Assembly (NCBI RefSeq): GCF_004010195.1
Contig: NC_057757.1
Span: 1,862,985-1,926,984 of the forward strand
Reading direction: 5' to 3'
DNA length: 64,000 bases
Origin: Chiloscyllium plagiosum
Lineage: Eukaryota
In this document: in pieces, positions 1-10,369 of the stretch
How positions within the stretch are numbered: position 1 is the stretch's first letter
How the letters are laid out: each line of letters starts with the position of its first letter
Notes under the pieces: model-generated
Databases searched by the model: none
The model's input: only the letters and a program-made list of their open reading frames with translations
What the model was told of the DNA's origin: nothing
Translations under genes and position numbers: made by a program

Positions 1-337
1 ACAATGGGGAAGGAGGAGAGCAGTATGATTAGTTTGGGATATACACAAGGCTACATGGAGACAGTGTGTCAATGGAATTAGTTTGGGGATTGATATAGGG
101 TGTAGGAAAGGCAAGAGTCAACAGAATTAATTTGGGTATTGCTAAAAAGTTGTAAGGAGAGCAAGGCACTTGGATTATTTTTGCATTGGTATAAGGATTT
201 GGGGAGATAAGGCAATGGGAATATTCAGGATTGATCTGCAAAGCAAAATATAGGATGGGCTGAATGGCCATCTCTTGAGCTTTAAATTTCTATGACTCTC
301 TCTTGTGGATTCACACTATATCTAATGTTTAAGATAA

Positions 338-523
338 GGTTTCCTCCCACAATCCAAAGGTGTGCAGGTCAGGTGAATTGGCCATGCTAAATTGCCCATA
401 GTGTTAGGTGCATTAGTCAGGGGGAATGGGTCTGGGTGGGTTACTGTTCGGAAGGTCAGTGTGGACTTGTTGGGCCGAAGGGCCTGTTTCCATACTGTAA
501 GAAATCTAATCTAATCTAATCTA
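338..523 (+). mobile_element. HE1-type SINE, 3' half
   Basis: GGTTTCCTCCCACA..CCAAAG.TGTGCAGG..AGGTGAATTGGCCATGCTAAATTGCCC core, GGGCCGAAGGGCCTGTTTCC and (AATCT)n tail, matching the full copies at 46878 and 52408. Confidence 0.9.
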
Positions 524-599
524 AAAAAATCAATATAGCGTGGCTGGTTGAGATGTTAAATATCATTGCTGTCCAACTGTTCAAATTAAGGTATTATAC

Positions 600-830
600 A
601 ATTGAGTTGAAGAGCAGAGATTTTTCTTAGTCTCATTCCTAAAGCAATACCATTTAAAAGTAAATTCATAACCATCAATCTAATCAGTGCATGTGAATTG
701 TACTCTGCACAAAATGGCTGCTGCATTCACTTACATAATAGTGGCAGTACTGTAAAAGTAAACTTTTGTATAAAGTAGATTTGGGTGTAAAGTTTGAAAT
801 GGTATGAATGCAGTACAGCATTTCTTTCTT
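600..830 (+). mobile_element. Ancient DeuSINE (AmnSINE1/SacSINE1-like) relic
   Basis: GCACAAAATGGCTGCTGCATTC (Deu-domain-like motif) followed by a degenerate GTAAAG..TTTG...ATGAATGCA..TTTCTTTCTTT tail; boundaries approximate. Confidence 0.5.
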
Positions 831-836
831 TTGAAG

Positions 837-1151
837 CCCTCAACTTCATAAAAGCATGTGAGGAGTTCTACACAGACTCTGATGATGTGGAGGAGACTCC
901 AAGTGCAATGAGCTTAGCCCAGCCCATCTTCTCTCGGATTGACTGCTCATCACAGCGAGAGCACATTGCCCATCGGGGAAACGTTTCCCAAATGGTAGCT
1001 CGTTGCTTCCACTTCAGAGACAAGTCCTTCCTCCTCAAAACCTTTGGTCTCCAGCCGTCCAATTTTTCTGGAATCCCAGCAGGTCAGACTGAGGATCTGG
1101 AACAATGTGAACCAGCATGTTGCTATGGATACTACACTGTGACCATTTTAG
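837..1151 (+). CDS. RADX: RADX (RPA-related protein RADX/CXorf57) internal coding exon
   Basis: Acceptor tttctttcttttgaag|, donor G|gtaaag, phase 1-1, open frame ALNFIKACEEFY...CCYGYYTVTILG. It joins the next exon as GYYTVTILG-LNEELSLDAIFLP, resembling the RADX C-terminal region as I recall it (not database-checked). Confidence 0.8.
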
Positions 1152-1361
1152 GTAAAGTGAGTTTGGTTAACAAGATCTGGAAGTTTTAACGTTTTGCTAT
1201 TATCAGCACGTATTGGCAATTTGTGCAGGAGCTTCTGTATCTTAGGACTAGCCTGTACATAACAGTTTTTAATTGTTACGAGGCTTTTGGGAAAGCGTGG
1301 ACAGAGGTTAGTTTGACATACAAATCTATAAGGGGAGTGTAACTGCTTTGAAATTGATACA

Positions 1362-2680
1362 GGGAGAATATGAGGACTGCAGATGCTAGAGATCAGAGTT
1401 GAAAAGTGTGGCACTGGAAAAGCAGAGCAGGTCCGATAGGAAAGTCTGTTATTTTGTTCAGTTTACTACCTTTGAATTTTGTGTTATCTGAAGTTATGCC
1501 CAAGGTCATCAAAATATTTCAGTAATAACTTTTCATCTTTATAGATAAAGATCTATATGCATTTCCGGATAGTAGATTAGTCTGGGCTTGATACAGGGCT
1601 AGAAGGGGAGAGCAATTCCACTCCAGGACATGCCAGATGGCCTCCTAATCAAGGACCGCAATTTCCCCTCCCACATGATCAACCATGCCCTCCAGAGTAT
1701 CTCCTCCACTTCCTTCCCCTCTGCCCTTGAACCCCATCCTTCCAACTGCAAGAAGGATAGAACCGCGCCCCCCCCTCCCCCGTCCTCACCTTCCACCACA
1801 CTAATCTCCAGATACAGTGCATCATCTCCTGCCATTTCTGTCACCTACAGTCAGACCCACCACCAGGGATATATTTCCCTCAACCTCCATCTGTGTTCCG
1901 TTCGTGGCTCCCTCGTTAGGTCCACATCCCCCACCAACCCACCCTCCACTCCCTGCACCTTCCCTTGCCACCGCAAGAGGTGTATAACCTGCACACACAC
2001 CACCCCCCCTTTCCCTGTATCCAAGATCCCAAAGGATCCTTCCATATCTGGGAGAGATTTTCCTGCACATCCACCCACTTCACCTACTGTGTGCATTGCT
2101 CTCAATGTGGTCTCCTGTACATTGGGGATACAGGATGCCAACTCACGGAACATTTAGGGAACATCTCTGAGACACACACACCAAACAACCCCACTGCCCT
2201 GTGGCTGACAATTTCAACTCCCCCTCCCACTCTGCCAAGGACATGCAAGTCCTGGCCCCCTCCCCTGCCAAATCCTATCCACCTTACGCCTGGAGGAAGA
2301 ACGCCTCACCTTCCACCTTGGGCCCCACCAACCAGATGGCATCAACGTCGATTTCACCATTTTCCTCTTCTCCCCTCCCCCACCTCATATCAGATCCAAC
2401 TCGGCACCACCCTCTTGAACTGTCCTACCTGTCCATCTTCCTTCCCACCTATCTACTCCATCCTCCCCATTGACCTATCACTATCACCCCCCACCACCAT
2501 CGACCTATTGCCTTCCCAGCTACCTCGCCCCCACCCGCATTCTCTGATTGATCTCTCAGTCCTCCTCCTCCCCCCCACCACCACATTCCTGATGAAGAGC
2601 TTATGCCCAAAACATTAGTTCTCCTGCTTCTTGGATGCTGCCTGGCTTGCTGTGCTTTTCCAGTCCCACACTCTTCGACA
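1362..2680 (+). mobile_element. Penelope-like element (GIY-YIG, Neptune-like) fragment with inverted 5' piece
   Basis: Decayed frames give PCHRKRCITC and YCVHCSQCGLLYIGDTG (GIY-YIG). The 3' end has a degenerate CTGATGA..hammerhead at ~2590. An inverted terminal piece lies at 1362-1432. The 14-bp direct repeat TTGAAATTGATACA occurs at 1348-1361 and 2681-2694. Confidence 0.85.
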
Positions 2681-3365
2681 TTGAAATTGATACACCTGTG
2701 TTGAGAGAATAGAGCAGTGGGATTAATTTGGGATTGTATTCTACAGGGAGATATTGGGACAAAGAGAATTAGTATTGGATCCCTCTTACAAGGAGTTGAT
2801 AAACACAGTGGGCCAAATGGCCATCTGTGGACTCTAGACCTGCTTGGTTCTAGTGCTGTAGATTGCAATTTTGGTCCCTTTTCTTTGTAAGGTGTTCTGT
2901 GTTACTGGAATATAATGTCTCTGATACTAATGCCCTTCTGAAGGCTTCTCCAAGAGTTGTTCATATGTGACCTATGCGTCAGCCCTTTTAAGATCTCCCA
3001 GGGATATGAACAGCAATCAGGTAAAAGTTACTTGTTTTCAAATCATTCCCATCAATGGAGGCTTTATTGGCATTGCTGCCATATATTGTCTATCCCCAGT
3101 TGCCTTAAGGTTGTTGTGTGGACCTTCTATTTGTCTGATCACATCTTTTTTGCCTTGTTTGAAATTTGCACCCCTAATGTTTGGTGGGAGGGATGGTTTT
3201 GATGGTGATCTAGAGCAGGAATTCTGTGTTCCTTAATCTAAGGGTGTAACCAATCAGCAGATGAGATTATTACAGCAAAGACTGGAAACACCCAGTCTTT
3301 GAGATAGGACAAAAGGGGAATATGAAACAGGAATCTTACTTGTTTTGTCCTCTCTCCCGTTCCAG

Positions 3366-3551
3366 GACTGAATGAAGAATTGTCTTTAGATGCCATCTTT
3401 CTCCCTATCGTTTCCAGGTTGGATCACCGAGCTATACATCCTGCCAAGCACAGCAACACTCTGATCTCCATTTTGGCTCATGGAGGGCTAGCATTTAGCC
3501 AGACCTGCCACACTGGCACAGATGGTGCAGATTGCTCAACACCTTCCCCTG
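3366..3551 (+). CDS. RADX: RADX penultimate coding exon
   Basis: Strong acceptor ttgttttgtcctctctcccgttccag|, donor G|gtaaat, 186 nt, phase 1-1; GLNEELSLDAIFLPIVSRLDHR...CSTPSPG. Confidence 0.85.
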
Positions 3552-3914
3552 GTAAATGTCTACTATCACCTTCTTTCTATTTTCCTGAATGTACTGACTG
3601 ACTGAGTTCCAACTGCCTATTGATATCTCGACTCAGTCCCCACTCTTCATTTGTAAACTGAAACAGCATAGATTGTACAGCAGATAAACAAGCCATGCTA
3701 GCCATATAACCTTTGCTGATGGTTATGCTGCACTTATTTGTATTCCCATTCTTCTTCATCTCACCCTTCATTAGCACATCCTTCTGTTCCCTTATCCTTT
3801 GATGTTGAAGGCATGACATAATTTTTCCCAGCAGGCAGAGTGGTGCTGAATTCAAAGAGGCCCTATTTTGACTGTTACAAGAGCCTTCATTTTGCTATGT
3901 TGGAGTTTTGAATT

Positions 3915-4038
3915 AGACAACAGACAATAGGTGCAGGAGTAGGCCATTCGACCCAGCACCACCATCCATTATGGTCATGGCTGATCATCCACAATCAGTA
4001 TCCTGTTACTACCTTATCTCCATAACCCTTGATTCCAC
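3915..4038 (-). mobile_element. CR1-type LINE 3' end fragment
   Basis: Reverse complement of the typical CR1 3' terminus (GCAGGAGTAGGCCATTCG..ATCATGGCTGATC..ATAACCCTTGATTCC). Confidence 0.65.
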
Positions 4039-4852
4039 ATTGGAATATTTTGTAAACTTTCTTGGAGTGGATAAAATTTGTATAATTTATAATCTGAAAT
4101 TCTTTCATTGGTCTGCTTTTCAAATTTTAGATGCAACTTTCAAGGAGTTTAAAACTCTGCTAAACTACAGTACAGGTGTAAGTTAGAAAAAAGCAGCTGG
4201 CCACGCAGTTTCAGTAGAACTCTTTGTTAATATTTCCCCAAGGACTATAGGTATGTCATTGTGGATTCTTCACTGAGTTATCATTATCTCAGTAAGGGAT
4301 AAATTCAGTTAATCAGCTTAAAAAGACTTTTAAAGGGTTGTCTTTGATGTTAAGTCTAAATAGACATTTGCTGAGCTTTGAGAGGTCTGAATGGATATGT
4401 TTAAATGGTAGTTTACAAACTCAAATGTGTATGCTACATACCTGTATTAGATTGTTTAGATGTTGAATTTTTTTATTCATCACTGTATGGCTGTTGAGGC
4501 CTGCCAATGGCAACTACTGGAAAGTGGTTATGGAGGAGGCATGGTGGGGGTACGAGTTAGTCATGGGTCTTCATACCTTAAATACTGTGGGATTAGTCAG
4601 AGCTAAGAGGCACCAAGATATCACCATTGTAACATGATAACATCCAACAATGCACTTAGATTATGAGCTCATATCTCTGGAGTCAACCTTGCACCTTCTG
4701 CTTGTGTGTGTTCTGTATCCTTTGCAAATTAGGAGTAGGCCATTGGCCTTGCACTGCCATTGATCAAATAATACTTGATCTGATTTTGCCTTTAGCTTCA
4801 CTTTTTACTATTTCTATCCTTTGACTCAAACAAGCATCCATTTAACTCATGG

Positions 4853-5131
4853 TGGTACAAAGCACAGTGGTTATCACTGCTGCCTCACAGTGCCAGGGAC
4901 CTGGTTTTGATTCCATTCTCAGGTGACTATCTGCGTGGGTTTCCACTGAGTGCTCCGGTTTCCTCCCACAGTCCAAAGATGTGCAGGTTAGGGGGAATCG
5001 GTCGTGCTAAATTGCCCATGATGTCCAGGGATACGCAGATGGATTAACTGTACAAAATACAGAGAGGGTGGGGTAGGGGTGGACTTGATGGGCCAAATAA
5101 CCTGCTTCCATGTTCTAGGGATTCTATGATT
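4853..5131 (+). mobile_element. HE1-related SINE, diverged variant
   Basis: tRNA-like head (GCACAGTGGTTATCACTGCTGCCTCACAG..GGTTTTGATTCC), HE1 core and TTCTATGATTC tail. Confidence 0.85.
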
Positions 5132-5426
5132 CACCCTTTAAAATATTCAATGATCCAGCTTTCATTGCGAGGAAGATAACAACAGACAATAAGCCTGTAA
5201 GACCATTTTCCTCACTTCTAACCTAAACGAGGCATTTGTTCTTAAAATGTCCCACAGTTTGTTTTTTGCCATAAAGGGAAAATGCTCCCATCAAGTCATG
5301 TTTTTGTTTCAATAAGATCACCTTTCATTCTTCTAAACTCTAATGAATAAATTTTGAAAACCAAGCAGTACAAAGAAGTGAAAATTGACGTGAGAGTTGT
5401 TATTTAGCCTACACATCACTGATTTG

Positions 5427-6134
5427 CTGTGGTTCTGTTCGCCGAGCTGGAAGTTTTTGTTGCAAACGTTTCGTCCCCTGTCTAGGTGACATCCTCAGTG
5501 CTTGGGAGCCTCCTGTGAAGCGCTTCTTTGATGTTTCCTCCGGCATTTATAGTGGCCTGTCCCTGCCGCTTCCGGTTGTCAGTTTCAGCTGTCCGCTGTA
5601 GTGGCCGGTATATTGGGTCCAGGTCGATGTGTGTGTCCAGCAGGGACAGGCCACTATAAATGCCGGAGGAAACACCACAGAAGCGCCTCACAGGAGGCTC
5701 CCAAGCACTGAAGATGTCACCTAGACAGGGGACGAAACCTTTGCAACAAAAACTTCCAGCTCGGCAAACAGAAACACAGCAACGAGCACCCGAGCTACAA
5801 ATCTTCACCCAAACTTTGAAATTCTAAACTACAAAGAACAGCCAGGGAATTCCTAGACGCTTGGCACTCATCCACAAACTCCATCAACAAACACATTGAT
5901 CTGGACCCAATATACCGGCCACTACAAGACCGCTGAAACTGACAACCGGAAGCAGCAGGGACAGGCCACTATAAATGCCGGAGGAAACACCACAGAAGCG
6001 CTTCACAGGAGGCTCCCAAGCACTGAGAATGTCACCTAGACAGGGGACAAAACGTTTGCAACAAAAACTTCCAGCTCGGCGAACAGAACCACAGCAACGA
6101 GCACCCGAGCTACAAATCTTCTCACAAACCTTGA
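5427..6134. mobile_element. Penelope-like element: inverted piece plus two tandem pseudo-LTRs
   Basis: 5427-5635 is the reverse complement of the repeat found twice in direct orientation (~5637-5820 and ~5950-6134). It includes the GIY-YIG C-terminal tail (AWHSST.SINKHIDLDPIYRPL). The 14-bp repeat ACATCACTGATTTG flanks it at 5413-5426 and 6135-6148. Confidence 0.9.
5462..5501 (-). ncRNA. Minimal type-I hammerhead ribozyme motif in PLE pseudo-LTR
   Basis: Minus strand reads gca-CTGAGGA-tgtcacctagacaggggac-GAAA-cgtt-tgc: intact CUGANGA/GAAA core, stem II, palindromic AACGTT stem III and gca/tgc stem I. Confidence 0.75.
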
Positions 6135-6159
6135 ACATCACTGATTTGTTTATTGACAG

Positions 6160-6290
6160 GTGACATTCTCAGATCTGCAGCCGGTCTGGAGGAAATGCTG
6201 TTCATCTTTATCCTCGATATCTGCAATCAGGGAGGCACCAATGTTGAAGTCGTTCTCAATCGTGCCTATGTCCAGCACAGAGCTCTCTGA
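6160..6290 (+). CDS. RADX: RADX terminal coding exon
   Basis: Acceptor ctgatttgtttattgacag|, phase 1; GDILRSAAGLEEMLFIFILDICNQGGTNVEVVLNRAYVQHRAL*, stop TGA 6288-6290. Closely resembles the recalled human RADX C-terminus (GDII...ILDICNLGNNKVEV.L..IY). Confidence 0.85.
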
Positions 6291-7173
6291 ACCATTCAGG
6301 CTTTGTTGTTTCGTTTGAATCCCCCAACAATATTTGCTCAGACTGGATCAAATATGCAGTTCTGAGTTTACGTTGGAATTTTAGTTTTTTGTTTTTTTTG
6401 TACTTAAAAGAAAAAAGCTTTGTTCCTATGGAACTGTATCAATTTCTGTCATCTCTTGCCATTGCTGCGAGTTAAGACTCTATTGGTGAACAAAGACCTT
6501 TCTCTTAACCTCCCCCTCAAAATGTATACTCAAATGTTTGATGGCAACCTTATTCATTACTAAAGGTATCCTGTACCTATCCCTCACTAACTCAGAGATG
6601 TTCATTCACCAGCAGTTCAGTGATGGAAAAGATTTTTCATAATTCCTCTGCCTGCGACCTGCTGCGTGAAGATTTATTTCTATGTATTGACATTCTGACT
6701 AAAGGCTCAGGTTTCATTCCTGTCAAATTCTGAGTTGGCTGATTTGAACCATTGACCCAGGTAAGGTCCAGCATCACAGTGGCATGGGGAAGATGGTAAG
6801 GAGAGAGCAAGAGAAAAATAATGTATCTTTTAAGCAAGTTGTTTATTATCAACATGCTGGGAATTCTTTTCGTAAATGCATGTTTGGTTTATATGTATTT
6901 ACAGGACATGTTAAAACAACTCGGAGTGGGGGGGGGGAGGAAGAGAGAGAAATTGAAAACAATTGTTAATACTAATTCAATTTTTAACAGGGCTGAGAGC
7001 AGAATGTTTAAGTGTCTTTTCCCCCTGTTGCCAGGGAATGCAATCATAAGCTTTTTATGTAAATTTGACATTACTTTTTCTATAAATATTGTCTCCAGCT
7101 GAGCAGTTAATTTTAAATTTATTGGAACATGCACCAACAGTCAGATAGCTTATAGAAAATAAGATGGTCAGAA

Positions 7174-7179
7174 AATAAA
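7174..7179 (+). promoter_or_regulatory. Candidate polyadenylation signal for RADX
   Basis: First AATAAA I noticed downstream of the RADX stop, followed by GT/T-rich sequence; usage unverified. Confidence 0.3.
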
Positions 7180-8140
7180 TTATTAGGCTGAGAGCAACCT
7201 CAGACTGTGGAGTCTTTACTGTGTGCACAATTTATATTGAGTGAGTAGCTAGTCCAAGGTTGGGTACTGTGTTATATTTGTAGGTGGGTTTCCTAATTCT
7301 TCTGTGATTTAAAGCAACTAATTTTACTGATCAAATTAGCAAACTGTCTTCTGGCACAGTATTTGCAGCATCTTAGTCCTTTCACCCTATTGACAGTATC
7401 TGGAATATACATTATCCAATGTGATTTGTTTTTATTTGTGTACAATATGAAAGGGTGTTTAATCAAACTATTTTGGTAAAGGATTATACCTAAGCTCTGC
7501 ACTCTTCAGGTAATCTTTCATGTTTCATTTTAGATCGAGGAGGGAAGCAGGTTTGGGTGAAGCAGCTTTTTTAAAAAGTTATCTAGGATTGATCTACATG
7601 AACAGGAAGAGAAATGGGAATTGGTGCTGGGTGACTTCTGAGGCCCAAATGGGTGAGAAAGTCATCAACTGGCACAAATTCTATTCTAAGCATTAACAAA
7701 TGACATGGTGAAAGCATTGTGGTTGTTGGCACTTCTTGAGGACAAGCTATCAGGCGATGCTAATTAAGAAATAGCTAATAGTTGCTAATCAGCTGTCACA
7801 CAGCAGGAGACTTCTAACTCATTTAAACTTAATAGTTACCCAGGAAAAAATAGATTAAAATCTACTCCAACTTGTGGTTAACTGTCAAGCTCTAGTTCAT
7901 CCCAACATTTCCAGGCTTGACCCTTTGATACCGATCCATCTACTTACCCAACCTTTACCGTATTACACAATGAAAGCAAATATAGTGAAAAAGTCACAAT
8001 GGGAGAGTTTGGGAAGCACTGTCCCCAAAAAAGTTGCAAAACCTTAAATGAGTTTTGAATTGCAATATTCAGTGCACTGAGAATTCAAAAGAACAGTAAG
8101 TCAAAAAAAAAGTCAGCAGTGTTAATGAAGTTCTTTAACT

Positions 8141-8146
8141 TTTATT
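8141..8146 (-). promoter_or_regulatory. Candidate polyadenylation signal of minus-strand gene
   Basis: AATAAA on the minus strand ~180 nt past the predicted stop, with a downstream T9 tract (8103-8111). Confidence 0.5.
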
Positions 8147-8321
8147 TTTCACATTTGGAATTCAATGTAGAGCAAACAAACCAGGCCATTACGGTTTTAT
8201 GATTCTTGCACAGCAGGAGTCTTCAAATTTACCATGTGCTCCTGCAATTTGCTGCAAGTGTCGAGCCATATTGGAGCAGCACACGCAATATTGGCAAAAT
8301 AGTATTGGAACCTGCCAATAT

Positions 8322-8408
8322 TTATGTGCTGCTAAAGTAGAGTCGACAGAATGCTCCATGATTCCCTTGTTCCAGCACTCTGGTTGTTGAATTTCTCCAT
8401 CCAGGGAA
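8322..8408 (-). CDS. Unidentified minus-strand gene, candidate terminal coding exon
   Basis: Acceptor atttatgctgtcag|; phase 0 gives FPGWRNSTTRVLEQGNHGAFCRLYFSST*, consistent with the upstream phase-0 donor at 13261, and a polyA signal follows. An alternative frame stays open to 8189. Confidence 0.55.
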   Translation of the reverse strand, partial: FPGWRNSTTRVLEQGNHGAFCRLYFSST

Positions 8409-8900
8409 CTGACAGCATAAATTACAACTAATCCCACATCTAAGATACGCATTATAACAGATAATGTGAAACAAAAAGTTAAACTGAGCTATTAGTTAAA
8501 AATTATTATTTGTTCCTCACTTCTCAATTTTTGCTTGATGAGTGTTTCATTAGAATTTACTGGGTCACTAGGGGAGAGAGGTGATTGAGTCCAGAATATT
8601 CAAAGTTTATTTAAAGCGATTATTTCAGGCAGGTCAGAACTGGCTTCAACCTACAGTATTCAGTTATGGATGGATACACAATAAATTGGTGATTATTAAG
8701 GATCAAAGGACATTATGTAACAATCACCAAAACAAAAGATTTCTTATAGCCTTTAAAAACCCCCATTGATGGTTAACAGTGAAGACTACAAAATTGCCAT
8801 ACAATTTGGCTATATCTTATACTTATAATTCAAGAGTTTTCCAATGCACATTTTAATATAAAAGTTTGTTTCTCAAAATCCCATGAAACTGGTCATTATT

Positions 8901-8984
8901 TAGAGGAACCTCAATTGTCTGGCATTCGATTATCCGAATGAAATACTCCCTGCCCACATACTTCGGATAATAGAGGTTCCTCTG
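8901..8984. mobile_element. Tiny Tc1/mariner-pogo-like MITE
   Basis: Terminal inverted repeats AGAGGAACCTC.ATT.TC.G and CGGATAATAGAGGTTCCTCTG, with TA immediately 3'. Confidence 0.7.
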
Positions 8985-9554
8985 TACTGCAAATCACGTC
9001 AGATTCAAGCTTCATCTTAGTTTTCTATTCTTTCCTTCAACCCCTGGTGAACCTCGCATTGTGCATTTTAGTGTTTCACCTGAAGAAACGTTTCAAACCA
9101 CATTCACTGCACATACTGAGGTTCTACTGGAGTTGATCAAGGCACAGCATTTAGATAAAATGACTAGCAAAAATTATATAAAACAAATACAAATTCCAAC
9201 AAATAGTTCCAGACACAGGGAAAAAGCCTGCTATCTATGGATATCTGTGCACGATATGGATACAAGTACCACTTTGGGATAAGCCTGTAAGTTTGATGCA
9301 GTGTAAACTAAAATAAGTAGAGTTCTATGTATACATATACCACTGCAGATAGCACATTCCTCCAAGTGTAGTGTGGCTGCATACGGTTTAAATAGAGTGG
9401 ATATAAAGTTTAGTACATGTAGCACATTTGGATTTGCAAAAGGTACCACAACAAAGGTTATTATACAAGATAATTTCTTTATGGTATTTAAGGATGATAT
9501 ATTAGCCTGAACATTGGTGAACCAAAGGTAATTTTCAGGATAGCAAACTAACTA

Positions 9555-9750
9555 GAGTCAAGAGTCATATAGTACAAAAATGGACCCTTCGGTCCAATTC
9601 ATCCATGCTGACCAACTTTGCCAAATACGTTGATTTGCTGGCATTTGGCCCATATCCCTCTGAATCTGTCCTATTCAGATACAACATTTAAAATATTTTG
9701 ATAGGTACATGTATCTACCACTTCCTCTGGCAGCTGATTCTAAATATGAA
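9555..9750 (-). mobile_element. HER1/CR1 LINE 3' end
   Basis: (AGAGTC)n tail and CCCTTCGGTCCAA..CATGCTGACC..GGCCCATATCCCTC, same as the copies at 37120 and 55160. Confidence 0.75.
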
Positions 9751-9889
9751 CCCCTCAGATCAGTGTTGTGCCACAATTATTTACGATTTTATTAATGGCT
9801 TTGAATAAGGGATCATCATTGTATTCTCAGCAAGTTTGGGTACATTAGAGGAGAATCAAAGAGCCTGCAAAGGGATACAGATAACTTAC

Positions 9890-10320
9890 AGGGAAGTGAT
9901 GGCTAATGGTCTTATCACTAGACTATTAATCCAGACCTGGGTTCAAATCTTGCAATGGCAGTTAATGAAATTTGAATTCAGTAAAGGTTTGGGATCAAGA
10001 GATCAACAATATCCATGAAAATCATTGTTAATTGTCAGGAAGAACCCATCTGGCCCATCTTTACCTAGTCTGGCCTACACATGACCTGAAGAAGGGTCAC
10101 ACGCAAAATGTCAACTTTTCCACCTCCTGATGCTGCAGGCTTGCTGTGTTCTTCCAGCCATGTACCTGTCTACGTTGGATTCCAGCATCTGCAGGTTTTT
10201 GTCTCTACGTATGACTCCAGCAATGTGGCTGACTCTTAACTGCCATCTGGGTAATTGGGTTATTAATAATACTGGACTAACATGTCAAAACCCACATACC
10301 ATGACTGAATATATTTTTAA
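9890..10320 (+). mobile_element. tRNA-derived SINE (non-HE1 family) interrupted by a PLE terminal fragment at ~10085-10205
   Basis: Head ATGGCTAATGG..ATCACTAGACTATTAATCCAGA..GGTTCAAATC (A/B boxes), homologous to 63590-63758. The insert begins CTGAAGAAGGGTC (degenerate hammerhead) and ends CCAGCATCTGCAG. Confidence 0.65.
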
Positions 10321-10369
10321 GAAGTAGACTTTTTAAAGTTGGGGGAAAAAAAAAACAATCAATAGATGG

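Noticed and set aside
1083-1088. Alternative RADX donor CAG|gtcaga
   Set aside because: It is also phase 1, but the downstream GYYTVTILG matches the RADX motif I recall, so the donor at 1152 is preferred.
1630-2618. Long 175-217 aa ORFs
   Set aside because: Frameshifted pieces of a decayed PLE GIY-YIG ORF and C-rich low-complexity sequence, not host genes.
6160-6296. Open frame on the minus strand (NGSESSVLDIG..)
   Set aside because: Shadow of the RADX exon; splice signals and homology support the plus strand.
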